Of a stretch of 64,000 nt of DNA, positions 20,464-29,225 are shown piece by piece. A program made the position numbers and the translations under genes. The notes under the pieces were generated by a model, which was not told where the DNA came from, ran no database searches, and saw only the letters and a program-made list of their open reading frames with translations. Numbering within the stretch: the first letter of the stretch is position 1; every line of letters begins with the position of its first letter. This stretch comes from Patescibacteria group bacterium (lineage in GTDB: Bacteria > Patescibacteriota > Minisyncoccia > Phycocordibacterales > CAIRYW01), in the NCBI GenBank assembly GCA_040389185.1, contig JAZKAJ010000011.1:1033-65032 (forward strand). Direction: 5' to 3'.

Positions 20464-21683
20464 AGTTTTGATCTTAAATTTTTAAGGTTTTCGAGTAATT
20501 CATCATAGAGAATGAAGTTTATATTTTTCAATGATGATCCAAGCTTCCTGAAATCAGCTGACTCTTTTTTATTTTTGAACTGCTTGCTTGTACCAGCAAT
20601 AATATATCCTCGCGGTCTTACCACCTGTATATCAATACCTTTTTTATTTTTTACAGCACGAATATATGCGTCAGAATTATGAACGATCTCATCAGTGTAA
20701 TTTTCTATTTGAGCAATAGCCATTGAAACATCCGGCTTCCAATAATAATTATCATGATCTTTATCAAAACTAAGCAATGAAACATCATGTTTCTTTATTT
20801 CAAAAACATCAACAAATCCATATACATCCACTAATACGAAGTCGGGGTAGCTAACACTAATACTTACATTTTGTTTTTCAATTGCAGTGACATAATTGGC
20901 CATAAATCGAAACACCTTTTCACTAAGAAATTTTTGCCAATCATTTTCGGAAATGCTTTTTTTAGCCAAATTTGCCTCAAACTCTTTAATAACTTCATCA
21001 AGATAAATTCTATCTGTAGTAGTTTTAGCGCTTTTAATTAGTGTAGCGCGCCCATTTTTTATTCCTCGTTTTTTACCTTTAAGAGAACCTTCAAATATTT
21101 TCGGGAAGAAGTTATTAAGCGACTCAAGATCCTCCTCATTTAGCCTTTGAGCTACTTTCTTACGTCGTAAGAGAGCAGCAATCTCACCTGCCTTATACTC
21201 ATCAAAATCGTCAGTAGAAATCTTTATGTCTTTTGGAAACTTAGTACTTAAAAAAGATGCTACAGCACTTCGTAACTCATTATTACTGTCTTCGTTAATA
21301 CGACCAAGTTTAATAAGAAGATTTTTTATGTCTAAAAGCGGCAGAACAACAGAAACCTTATGCTTTCCTTTATGAACCTTCTTTGTCTTCTTGGAAACAA
21401 TAAGTTCAAGAACTTTGGATCCCGCTAAATGCTCCTTCAGAGCAGTAAGGAGGAAAATTCCTTTTTTTCCAAAACCATAACCTTTTTTATTAAGATAAAG
21501 TCCTGAAGGAAGACCTTGATAACCTTCGAGAGTAATACTTGATACTTGTTTTGATTTTGCAGGTTGTAAATAGTAGATGGTCTTATCTGATTTAGGATAT
21601 ACCTCATATACACAAAAGTCAGGTTTATCAGACGCATAATGACGTTCTGGAATTTCAATCTTTTTATCTTTTTTTGCAACCAT
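20460..21683 (-). CDS. sduA: Shedu anti-phage nuclease SduA (DUF4263)
   Basis: ENDWQKFL, PDF...VFEIKK, AIAQIENY, RPRGYIIAG, YDELL motifs. Confidence 0.85.
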   Translation of the reverse strand: MVAKKDKKIEIPERHYASDKPDFCVYEVYPKSDKTIYYLQPAKSKQVSSITLEGYQGLPSGLYLNKKGYGFGKKGIFLLTALKEHLAGSKVLELIVSKKTKKVHKGKHKVSVVLPLLDIKNLLIKLGRINEDSNNELRSAVASFLSTKFPKDIKISTDDFDEYKAGEIAALLRRKKVAQRLNEEDLESLNNFFPKIFEGSLKGKKRGIKNGRATLIKSAKTTTDRIYLDEVIKEFEANLAKKSISENDWQKFLSEKVFRFMANYVTAIEKQNVSISVSYPDFVLVDVYGFVDVFEIKKHDVSLLSFDKDHDNYYWKPDVSMAIAQIENYTDEIVHNSDAYIRAVKNKKGIDIQVVRPRGYIIAGTSKQFKNKKESADFRKLGSSLKNINFILYDELLENLKNLRSKL

Positions 21684-21790
21684 ATATAAGCTACTTTATA
21701 CCATAAAAATAGCCCAATTTCATTGGTTAAAATAACTTAAACTATAGACTATGTTGGACTTGACCCAACTTAGTAGGTCTCACATGTGGG

Positions 21791-21863
21791 TGCGTCCAGT
21801 TGGAATCGAACCAACGACCGTCTCCTTAAAAGGGAGCTGCTCTACCGACTGAGCTATGGACGC
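21791..21863 (-). tRNA. tRNA-Lys (UUU), no encoded CCA
   Basis: GCGTCCA acceptor, loop CTTTTAA, GGTTCGATTCC T-arm. Confidence 0.93.
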
Positions 21864-21924
21864 AATACGTGAAAATATATCAGAAAATCAGAAAAAGTCC
21901 ACTTTCACGAGTGAGTAGTTCTTA

Positions 21925-22329
21925 TTAAATCATCAAGTCTATGGCATAATATCCCGCTCCAGAGATGAAGAGGGAAAGCATTATTGCAGCGAGGAGTACA
22001 TAGACATTCAAATCTCTTTCGATTGTTGATGTTCCACTCCTTTGTATCAGTAATCCTACAATACAAATGATGAAAAAAATGAGTGCTACGAGTTGAGTCA
22101 TAAATCCCATAAGGAGCATTATTCCTCCCAAGAGTTCTGCGATAGTGATGACGTACGCATAGAATTCATAGGGTTTAAAATGAATTTCTCGAAAGAAAAT
22201 GAGTTTGTTTTGCCACTCGGAAGTCATACCTCTGTAGCCGAAATAAATGAAATATGCCCCACCAACAATTCGGAGGATAAATGGAACGATAAGGCTCCAA
22301 CTAAGGAGATATGGAAATATGCTTTGCAT
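21925..22329 (-). CDS. DoxX family membrane protein
   Basis: ILRIVGG, AELLGG, GAGYYAID. Confidence 0.85.
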   Translation of the reverse strand: MQSIFPYLLSWSLIVPFILRIVGGAYFIYFGYRGMTSEWQNKLIFFREIHFKPYEFYAYVITIAELLGGIMLLMGFMTQLVALIFFIICIVGLLIQRSGTSTIERDLNVYVLLAAIMLSLFISGAGYYAIDLMI

Positions 22330-22447
22330 ACACATATTATACAACAACTAAGATAAATCTGGCTACAAGGTCTTAATAGACCTTCCAGACCCTCCTGGTG
22401 TATGATTACTTTATTAGGACTAATTATTATTTCACTCATTAATTATT

Positions 22448-22927
22448 ATGAACAATGCAGAACATTTAGCGGAATTATTGGAATCTTTAAAGAAGACTAC
22501 AGGTATTATCAGTACGCTTGCCGAAAAGGGGGGGATTGATTCTGCTGTTGTTTATTTCACAGTTGATAAGAATTTGAATTTGTATTTCTTTACACGAGCA
22601 AACAGTGCGAAAAGTAAAAATATAATGCAAAACAGTCTCATCTCATTCGTGACATATTCAGAGGAATTGATGCAGACATTCCAGCTTCGAGGTGACGCAT
22701 CAGCTATTGAAGATCCTTCTGAACAAGCTGTTGCATTCGAGGCACTGTTGAAAATAGCTAACAAGCAAAGTAATGGAAATCCTCCAATTGCGCAGATGAT
22801 GCAAAGTGAGATAACGGTTTTCAAAGTTATTCCACTTTGGGCACGATTCAGTAATTTCGGGGTATCAAATGATTCAAACAAGATTGAAGAATTGAAAGTT
22901 GCCGAATTCCTAGGAGAACAGCTCTAG
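22448..22927 (+). CDS. Pyridoxamine 5'-phosphate oxidase-like FMN-binding protein
   Basis: LYFFTRANSAKSKNIMQN, FQLRGDA. Confidence 0.75.
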   Translation: MNNAEHLAELLESLKKTTGIISTLAEKGGIDSAVVYFTVDKNLNLYFFTRANSAKSKNIMQNSLISFVTYSEELMQTFQLRGDASAIEDPSEQAVAFEALLKIANKQSNGNPPIAQMMQSEITVFKVIPLWARFSNFGVSNDSNKIEELKVAEFLGEQL

Positions 22928-22931
22928 AACC

Positions 22932-23408
22932 ATGAAGGCTCGCAAGGTAATTATTATTTTGGATAATATCAGAAGCAACCATAATGTAGGCTCTATTTTC
23001 CGTACCGCAGATGCTCTCGGTGTATCCAAAATTTATCTTTGTGGGACAACACCGAAACCAATAGATAGGTTTGAAAGACCTGTAGGGGAAATAGCCAAGA
23101 CTGCGCTCGGAGCGGAGAAGAGTATTTCTTGGGAGTATGCAAAAACTACTCTGGGTGTAATAAAAAGATTGAAAAAGAATGGAACAGAGATTATTGCGAT
23201 TGAGCAATTTGATAATTCAGTCGATTATAAAAAAGTAAAACCAAAAGAAGATGTTGCATTCGTACTCGGCAATGAAGTAGACGGAGTAAACAAAAACATT
23301 TTAAAACTTTGTGATGTTGTGGCAGAGATTCCAATGAAAGGAGGGAAGGAGTCTTTGAATGTTGCTGTCGCATGTGGTACTGCATTATTTCGCATACTAA
23401 ATTATTAA
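22932..23408 (+). CDS. TrmH/SpoU RNA methyltransferase
   Basis: LDNIRS.HNVGSIFRTAD, LGNEVDG, SLNVAVA. Confidence 0.92.
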   Translation: MKARKVIIILDNIRSNHNVGSIFRTADALGVSKIYLCGTTPKPIDRFERPVGEIAKTALGAEKSISWEYAKTTLGVIKRLKKNGTEIIAIEQFDNSVDYKKVKPKEDVAFVLGNEVDGVNKNILKLCDVVAEIPMKGGKESLNVAVACGTALFRILNY

Positions 23409-23451
23409 AAATAAATAACAATCTCACGATCGTGAGATTGTTATTTATTTT
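23408..23451. repeat. 44-bp perfect palindrome, left of PaaX/Cas2-like gene
   Basis: AAAATAAATAACAATCTCACGA|TCGTGAGATTGTTATTTATTTT. Confidence 0.9.
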
Positions 23452-23472
23452 GATCAGTATATAATTTATATT

Positions 23473-23958
23473 ATGTCACTCATACTTGATATATTGGAGG
23501 AGTTGTCGAATGTGGAAATACGTTACAAAGGAGGTGTTGGGATCAATCTTTTTGGTATGCCGAGATTCGAGTCTCAAAATAAACAGTCTTTGAAATCTAG
23601 TTTTTATAGATTAAGTCGGGGTGGTTATATTGAAAAAGAGGCTAGCGGATGGAGGTTAACGGAAACCGGTAAAAAATATTTAAAATCTGACCATTCAAAC
23701 TATAAGACTTTTTCATCACCTTTTAAAAAAGAAAGTCCTAAAAATCTTATTGTAATATTCGATATACCAGAAGAGCGCAGGTCAGAAAGAGACTGGTTTA
23801 GAAGTCATCTAAGAAGATTTGATTATTTGATGATTCAAAGGAGTGTGTGGGTAGGGCCCTCTCCGTTGCCGAAGGAATTTCAGGACTATCTTAAGAAGTT
23901 AAAATTAAAATCCTGCTTAAAGACCTTTAAACTTTCTAAAAGTTATAAGGCTAAATAA
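23473..23958 (+). CDS. PaaX-family protein: wHTH plus Cas2-like C-terminal domain
   Basis: RLSRGGYIE...LTETG; IVIFDIPE..R..RDWFR..L......IQRSVW. Confidence 0.8.
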   Translation: MSLILDILEELSNVEIRYKGGVGINLFGMPRFESQNKQSLKSSFYRLSRGGYIEKEASGWRLTETGKKYLKSDHSNYKTFSSPFKKESPKNLIVIFDIPEERRSERDWFRSHLRRFDYLMIQRSVWVGPSPLPKEFQDYLKKLKLKSCLKTFKLSKSYKAK

Positions 23959-23995
23959 AATAACAACTTCACGATCGTGAAGTTGTTATTTTATT
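23954..23995. repeat. 42-bp perfect palindrome, right of PaaX/Cas2-like gene
   Basis: AATAAAATAACAACTTCACGA|TCGTGAAGTTGTTATTTTATT. Confidence 0.9.
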
Positions 23996-23997
23996 CT

Positions 23998-24717
23998 CTA
24001 TTTCTTCATTCCCAGTTCTGTGAGAAACTGCTGAAGCTCACCACCCGTGATTCTTCGAACAGTATTTTCTTTCATTGCTCCGACTTTGATATTCATGATT
24101 CGGACACGGGTTAGATCCTTCACTTGGTTTTTGAGTGCTTCTACCATTCTTCGTACCTGTCGTTTTTTACCTTCAGTAATAACGATACTGAATTTTCTGT
24201 ATCCCAATATTGTCACAAGACAAGGCTTTGTTTTGTAAGTGAGCTTTGAGTATTCTTCTTTGATGACCACTCCTTTTTCGAGGGCTTTGGCGAATGCTTC
24301 GTCGATCTTTGTTTCTGTCTCTACAATGTATTCCTTTTCGTGATTTTCTTCGGGATTCAAGAGTTTGCCTGTGATTCGTCCGTCGTTTGTGAGAATAATA
24401 AGCCCATGCGAATCCTTATCGAGCCGTCCGAGAGGGAAAACCTTTGCTCCTTCAGTCTTTCCTTTAATCATCTTGTTGATATCCATATCATCCCCTTTGG
24501 CAGAGTGAGTAAGAACGTCTCGTGGTTTGTTGTATGCGAAATAGAGGTGTCCAATTTCTTTGGAATCCTTTTTGACCGTGACTTTATCTGTCGGTTTTAC
24601 ATCATCGCCAAGTTGTGCGATTTTGCCATTGATTGATACTCTTTTGGCTTTGATCATCTCGTCTGCTTTACGGCGAGATGCGATATTTTGTTCTGCGAGG
24701 TATTTATTGATTCTCAT
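23998..24717 (-). CDS. rRNA pseudouridine synthase, RsuA/RluB/RluF family
   Basis: S4 domain (SRRKAD), GRLDKDSHGL, EGKKRQVRRM. Confidence 0.93.
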   Translation of the reverse strand: MRINKYLAEQNIASRRKADEMIKAKRVSINGKIAQLGDDVKPTDKVTVKKDSKEIGHLYFAYNKPRDVLTHSAKGDDMDINKMIKGKTEGAKVFPLGRLDKDSHGLIILTNDGRITGKLLNPEENHEKEYIVETETKIDEAFAKALEKGVVIKEEYSKLTYKTKPCLVTILGYRKFSIVITEGKKRQVRRMVEALKNQVKDLTRVRIMNIKVGAMKENTVRRITGGELQQFLTELGMKK

Positions 24718-24818
24718 CTGCTTAATCTACACTTTTATTAAGGTTTTGCAAATCAATTTAATAAAAAATGCCCGAGGATGAAAATCCTTGGACATTTTGA
24801 CAATCTTTTTGACCCACT

Positions 24819-25469
24819 TTACTCTTCGCTGTCTTCCGAATGCCTGAGGCCGAAGTGCTTAAGAAAATGGAACAATTCAAGGACTCGCTTTTCAGGTGTA
24901 TCATCACCTGGATGATGTCCTGTCTCGGGATGGTCTGTGAGATTAAGGTGTTTTTTCAAATCGGATGTAGGAGTAGCTGCGAGATCGCTTAGAGTATTCA
25001 CTCCTGCTTTGCAGAAGACTTTTGTCCAGCGAGAACCACAGAGTGAGAGTGGGAGTGCATCGATCGCCGCCTTTTCTTTTGGTCCAGGTTTGACGGTAAG
25101 TCCAAATTGCAGATTAAGATCGTAGATTGCTCTTTGTATTTCAGCGTGGCCGGGTGGACCAACGTTTGAAATGTAGAAATCTTGCGCCTTTCTCACAAGT
25201 TGTCCTAAAAGCAGATAACCATTCATCTTCAGTGCCTTCGCAACACGATTTGAGATGTCGTAAGTGACCACAAAATTGTCGATAGGCATGGCCAACAGAG
25301 CATCCATATCGATTGTTGAAGTAATCGCAATCTCGATATGCATTCCGCGTGCCATTTTCGTTGTGAGCACCACTGTTTCATTTGAACTTATAATCTTCTG
25401 CTGTTTGAGCCATCTCTGGATGAGTGTTTGTAGTTGGCGGCTCTTTTTTGTGAACAGTTCGTGTTTCAT
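24819..25469 (-). CDS. Hypothetical protein with RNA polymerase alpha-CTD-like repeats
   Basis: ISNRVAKALKMNG..LLGQLV...ISNVGP and KAGVNTLSDL. Confidence 0.5.
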   Translation of the reverse strand: MKHELFTKKSRQLQTLIQRWLKQQKIISSNETVVLTTKMARGMHIEIAITSTIDMDALLAMPIDNFVVTYDISNRVAKALKMNGYLLLGQLVRKAQDFYISNVGPPGHAEIQRAIYDLNLQFGLTVKPGPKEKAAIDALPLSLCGSRWTKVFCKAGVNTLSDLAATPTSDLKKHLNLTDHPETGHHPGDDTPEKRVLELFHFLKHFGLRHSEDSEE

Positions 25470-25581
25470 GGATGTGTTTTCGGTGGGTTGATTGTGAAGG
25501 AGCAGGAGTTTAAATTTTCCTCACTATTTTCAAACCAAAAATAGCATCCAGACTGTAGTAAGTCAAACTATCTAAATTGCT

Positions 25582-26502
25582 TTATTTCTGATGCACATCA
25601 CAAAAGTGTGCACTTCTGCCACCGATCACTTTTCTTTTAATTGTTCCGGTGCACCCACGTTTTTCACATTTTGTTCCTGTTTTTCTATATGCTTTGTGTT
25701 CTGCCTGAAATTTTCCTCGTTCACCTAGGATGTTTCGATAGTCGCTCATTGAATCACCACCAAAATCGATTCCTTTTTTGAGAGTTTCCCTCGTTGCTTC
25801 AAACATTGTTTCGAATTCTTTGTCAGTGATATTTTTTATTAATCTTTCTGGGTGAATACTTGCTCTCCAGAGTATTTCGTCTGAATAGATATTGCCGATA
25901 CCAACAACAATTTTAGGATCGAGAAGCACAGTCTTTATTTTGCCACCCATTCTCTTTTGGAGTCTTTGTTTGAATTCTTCTTTTGTAAACTCTGGGTCAA
26001 GTGGTTCTGGGCCGAGATCTTTCAGATGAAGTGTCTGGCCGATATCTTCTTTTGGAATGTAAGTAACTTTGGCAAACTTTCTCATATCTGAAAGTGCGAG
26101 GTATTTGCCATCAGAGAGCGTAATAATAAATCTGACGTGTCTGTTGAATGGATCTTTGAGTGATTCGGGGGAGACACCTTTCCAGGGATCTTTTTTATCA
26201 GTCTTATCAAACATATATGTGCCGTACATGAGATGCCCTGTCATTTTGAGATGAATAAGAATTATACTTTCATCGTCCAATTCAATCAAAATGTTCTTTG
26301 CTCTTCTTTTGGCGCTTACTATTTTTCTTCCGACAACTTGTTTTTTGAAATAGGTGAAAAACTTTGCATCTTTAATATGATCTTTCCCTGTATGAAATCC
26401 ACTTATATTGCCGTAGTTGGTCCAGGTATCAGAAATAGAGAGACCTTTGAGATAGGTGTTAATTCCGTTTACGGTAGTTTGGACTTCCGGGAGTTCAGGC
26501 AT
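25582..26502 (-). CDS. mutM: Formamidopyrimidine-DNA glycosylase
   Basis: MPELPEV, HLKMTG, GIGNIYSDE, C-terminal Zn finger. Confidence 0.96.
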   Translation of the reverse strand: MPELPEVQTTVNGINTYLKGLSISDTWTNYGNISGFHTGKDHIKDAKFFTYFKKQVVGRKIVSAKRRAKNILIELDDESIILIHLKMTGHLMYGTYMFDKTDKKDPWKGVSPESLKDPFNRHVRFIITLSDGKYLALSDMRKFAKVTYIPKEDIGQTLHLKDLGPEPLDPEFTKEEFKQRLQKRMGGKIKTVLLDPKIVVGIGNIYSDEILWRASIHPERLIKNITDKEFETMFEATRETLKKGIDFGGDSMSDYRNILGERGKFQAEHKAYRKTGTKCEKRGCTGTIKRKVIGGRSAHFCDVHQK

Positions 26503-26504
26503 TT

Positions 26505-26733
26505 ATCCTAGAAAATTTTAGCTGTTAAAAAAGTTGATCAGATTACTATACTTTCTAACTCAATCTTACTTTATACTGTTAATCCTTACATATAATCTTA
26601 CTTTGACCAACTTTTTCTTGTTATGTAATCTTTAGTTGAAAAATATACTATTCAAGCTTTATGTATGAAAATGGCTGTAGATTTTAATAAAAAATTGCCA
26701 GATTGCTTAACGACAGCTAAAATTTTAGAGGAT
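26505..26733. repeat. 229-bp element with 21-bp terminal inverted repeats (copy 1)
   Basis: ATCCTAGAAAATTTTAGCTGT ... ACAGCTAAAATTTTAGAGGAT. Confidence 0.7.
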
Positions 26734-26781
26734 GAAGATAAATCAAAAGTTATAGATCAAAAATCAAAAATAAATTCAAAG

Positions 26782-27375
26782 TCAGATAATGCTGTATTTC
26801 TCTGGGTTTCGGAATATATCAAAGAGGGTTTCGACTTTGTCTTGAATGATGAATTCATCTACGAATGTTGGCTTGTGGAAGAATTTTCTCTGCTTCGCAA
26901 GAGTGATAAGTTCATCAAACGATACTTCTCTTGAGGTTGTTCTTTCTCCAGCATCTAATTTCGGTTTTTTCTGTGCAATCAAGTTTTTTGCTATGAATAC
27001 GTAGACATTAGATTGAACATCTTTTGATTTTTGTTCTGAGTTTACAAGATAAAAATCTTTAAACACCATTCCTGTTTCTTCCTCAAGTTCACGTCGAGCA
27101 GCATCGAATATGTCCTCATCATTATTGATTCCTCCTGCAACAATCGTATCACTGGCTTTCAACCAGTGTGGCTGTTGCTCCTCGAGTATTACTATTTTTT
27201 CATCAATTACTGGGTAAACGATTACGCTATCAAATCTTTTTACGGATTCAAATATTATTACTGAACCATCAAATTGTTTCTGCTCCCATTGATATACAGA
27301 CCATCTGTCTCCTTGGAAGACCTTTTTGGCGTGGTCGGGCAGGGGATGGTGATTGTGAGGCTTTGGTCGGTGCAT
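26782..27375 (-). CDS. NUDIX hydrolase
   Basis: GG...ED...AARRELEEETG Nudix box. Confidence 0.9.
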   Translation of the reverse strand: MHRPKPHNHHPLPDHAKKVFQGDRWSVYQWEQKQFDGSVIIFESVKRFDSVIVYPVIDEKIVILEEQQPHWLKASDTIVAGGINNDEDIFDAARRELEEETGMVFKDFYLVNSEQKSKDVQSNVYVFIAKNLIAQKKPKLDAGERTTSREVSFDELITLAKQRKFFHKPTFVDEFIIQDKVETLFDIFRNPEKYSII

Positions 27376-27378
27376 TTT

Positions 27379-27610
27379 ATCCTAGAAAATTTTAGCTGTT
27401 AAAAAAGTTGGAAATTATTGTTTTGATTGGTTCTTTGGCTTGGTTGATAAAGATTGGTTTTATGTTGAAATTATAATCTAACGAACTTTTTATTGTTATG
27501 CAATATTGGAGTAACTTGGACTATTTTTAGCATATTATATATAGAAATCATAATGCTTCTGTTCATTCATTCGGCTATATTGCACAACAACAGCTAAAAC
27601 TTTAGAGGAT
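27379..27610. repeat. 232-bp element with terminal inverted repeats (copy 2)
   Basis: ATCCTAGAAAATTTTAGCTGTTAAAAAAGTTG ... ACAGCTAAAACTTTAGAGGAT. Confidence 0.7.
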
Positions 27611-28168
27611 TTATTTGTTCAAAATTTTAAGTGCCTGTTTGATTTTCTCTTGGGTTGTTCCCTCGGTAATTTCTTTGAGTGCTTTTCGCGCATCGTTCTG
27701 ACTGTATCCAAGTGATTGGAGTGCTTCTACCACATCTACATCTCCACTTCCGTGAGAAACGCTTTCATCGTGTTCGAATTTACCCTTAAGTTCAAGTACG
27801 ATCTTGTCTGCATTCTTTTTACCAATGCCAGAAACTTTGGTGAGGTGACTCGTGTCGCCTGAAGAGACCGCCTTTTTGAGTGCACCTATTGTTGTGACAT
27901 TAAGAATTCCGAGCGCTGTTCGCGGGCCAATTCCTGAGATGCCGATAAGAAGCTCAAAGAACTCAAGCTCATCTTTGGTATTGAATCCGAAGAGGTCTTC
28001 TGCATCTTCACGAACTACATGGTGGACCCAGAGAGACCTCTCATGGTCTGTGACACCGCTTTGGATCGTGTCTGTGGTAGCGAAGATTTTGTATCCAATA
28101 TTGTTCACCTCGAGGACGAGGAAACGGTCGGATTTGTCTAAGATTGTGCCTTTGAGGTGAATTATCAT
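27611..28168 (-). CDS. ruvA: Holliday junction branch migration protein RuvA
   Basis: VREDA..LFGF, ISGIGPRTA, GIGKKNADKIVLELK, ALQSLGY. Confidence 0.96.
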   Translation of the reverse strand: MIIHLKGTILDKSDRFLVLEVNNIGYKIFATTDTIQSGVTDHERSLWVHHVVREDAEDLFGFNTKDELEFFELLIGISGIGPRTALGILNVTTIGALKKAVSSGDTSHLTKVSGIGKKNADKIVLELKGKFEHDESVSHGSGDVDVVEALQSLGYSQNDARKALKEITEGTTQEKIKQALKILNK

Positions 28169-28244
28169 AAGGTTTAGTATAATGTATAATGTATTAAGTA
28201 TAAAGTGGGGAATTTTGATTATTTTATAATATTTTGGATATTTT

Positions 28245-28775
28245 ATGGAACGCAATCTGCACAATCATGCAAACGAAGAGGTTTATAGTATGGAATTGTA
28301 TAAATCGAGACTAGTGTATACAATCACTTCTTGTGTGGAAGAGGTTCGTGGCCAAATGGGGTATACAAAAAATCAGAGACATGTTGAAGATGGTCGTGCT
28401 TTTCGAGGTGTCTACGACAAAGAAACCCTGGCACTCATAGATGATTGTTTGAAGGGTTTCGAAAGTGCAGTTAGATATATTGAGCGGGAGAGTAACCGAG
28501 ATGCGCTGGGAAAAAAAGCTGAATTCATAGTGAGCAGTATTGATGTACTCAAGTCAAATATTGCAAATATTTACTCAGGAATTGATGATATGAATACTTT
28601 TAATATCGAAGACGAACTCGGGGTGCCTAGTGCGAAAAAGTGGGAAAATATATCTATGGCTACTTATGATGCCGGTCTTGGAACTAGGGAGAGCGAAATG
28701 AAAATATACAAAATAAGATTGGCGAATTTGTGTGAAAATTTACATCGACTTTTCCCTAGTGAAGATCAGGATTAA
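28245..28775 (+). CDS. Hypothetical protein
   Basis: 176 aa ORF. Confidence 0.55.
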   Translation: MERNLHNHANEEVYSMELYKSRLVYTITSCVEEVRGQMGYTKNQRHVEDGRAFRGVYDKETLALIDDCLKGFESAVRYIERESNRDALGKKAEFIVSSIDVLKSNIANIYSGIDDMNTFNIEDELGVPSAKKWENISMATYDAGLGTRESEMKIYKIRLANLCENLHRLFPSEDQD

Positions 28776-28826
28776 GGACAGGAAACTATAGTTGATATTA
28801 TTAGAATGCTGTGCTATATTGGTCAA

Positions 28827-29090
28827 ATGCCAATTACATCATCAGCAAAAAAAGCACAGAGAGCTTCTAAAAAGAAGGCGGTATATAATATTCGCCGAAA
28901 AAAGGGGGTTGATACTGTTGTTCACGAGATTAAGAAACTAATCAAAGCTAACAAAAAGGAAGAGGCAACAAAACTTCTCCCAAAGGCATACCAAGCGTAT
29001 GATAAGGCTGCGAAAGCAAATACTCTAAGTTCGAACACAGCATCAAGAAAGAAAAGCAGACTATCAAAGTTTATAAAAAACTCAAAGTAA
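28827..29090 (+). CDS. rpsT: 30S ribosomal protein S20
   Basis: MPITSSAKKA...DKAAK...NTASRKKSRL. Confidence 0.96.
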   Translation: MPITSSAKKAQRASKKKAVYNIRRKKGVDTVVHEIKKLIKANKKEEATKLLPKAYQAYDKAAKANTLSSNTASRKKSRLSKFIKNSK

Positions 29091-29091
29091 G

Positions 29092-29125
29092 AAAAACAAA
29101 ACCCGCGAAAGCGGGTTTTGTTTTT
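29092..29125 (+). terminator. Intrinsic terminator after rpsT
   Basis: AAAAACAAAACCCGC-GAAA-GCGGGTTTTGTTTTT. Confidence 0.8.
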
Positions 29126-29153
29126 GTGTGACATGTGATAATTTGATGTCAGC

Positions 29154-29225
29154 CCCTTTGTCGTTCAATGGATAGGACACATCCTTGCGAAGGATGTGAT
29201 AGAGGTTCGATTCCTCTCGAAGGGA
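29154..29225 (+). tRNA. tRNA-Arg (GCG), no encoded CCA
   Basis: CCCTTTG/CGAAGGG acceptor; CATCC-TTGCGAA-GGATG anticodon arm; AGAGG-TTCGATT-CCTCT. Confidence 0.9.

Larger units (their letters stand above)
11261..21793. mobile_element. Large serine recombinase genomic island at tRNA-Lys 3' end
   Basis: GTGC core at both ends; removing the interval rejoins tRNA-Lys to its inverted-repeat tail; contains LSR, Shedu, ParB-MTase. Confidence 0.85.

Noticed and set aside
11265-21789. Intact prophage
   Set aside because: No capsid, portal, large terminase, tail or lysis genes recognised.
23473-23958. CRISPR-Cas locus suggested by the Cas2-like motif
   Set aside because: No repeat-spacer array or other cas genes seen; the N-terminal wHTH fits the PaaX-like family.
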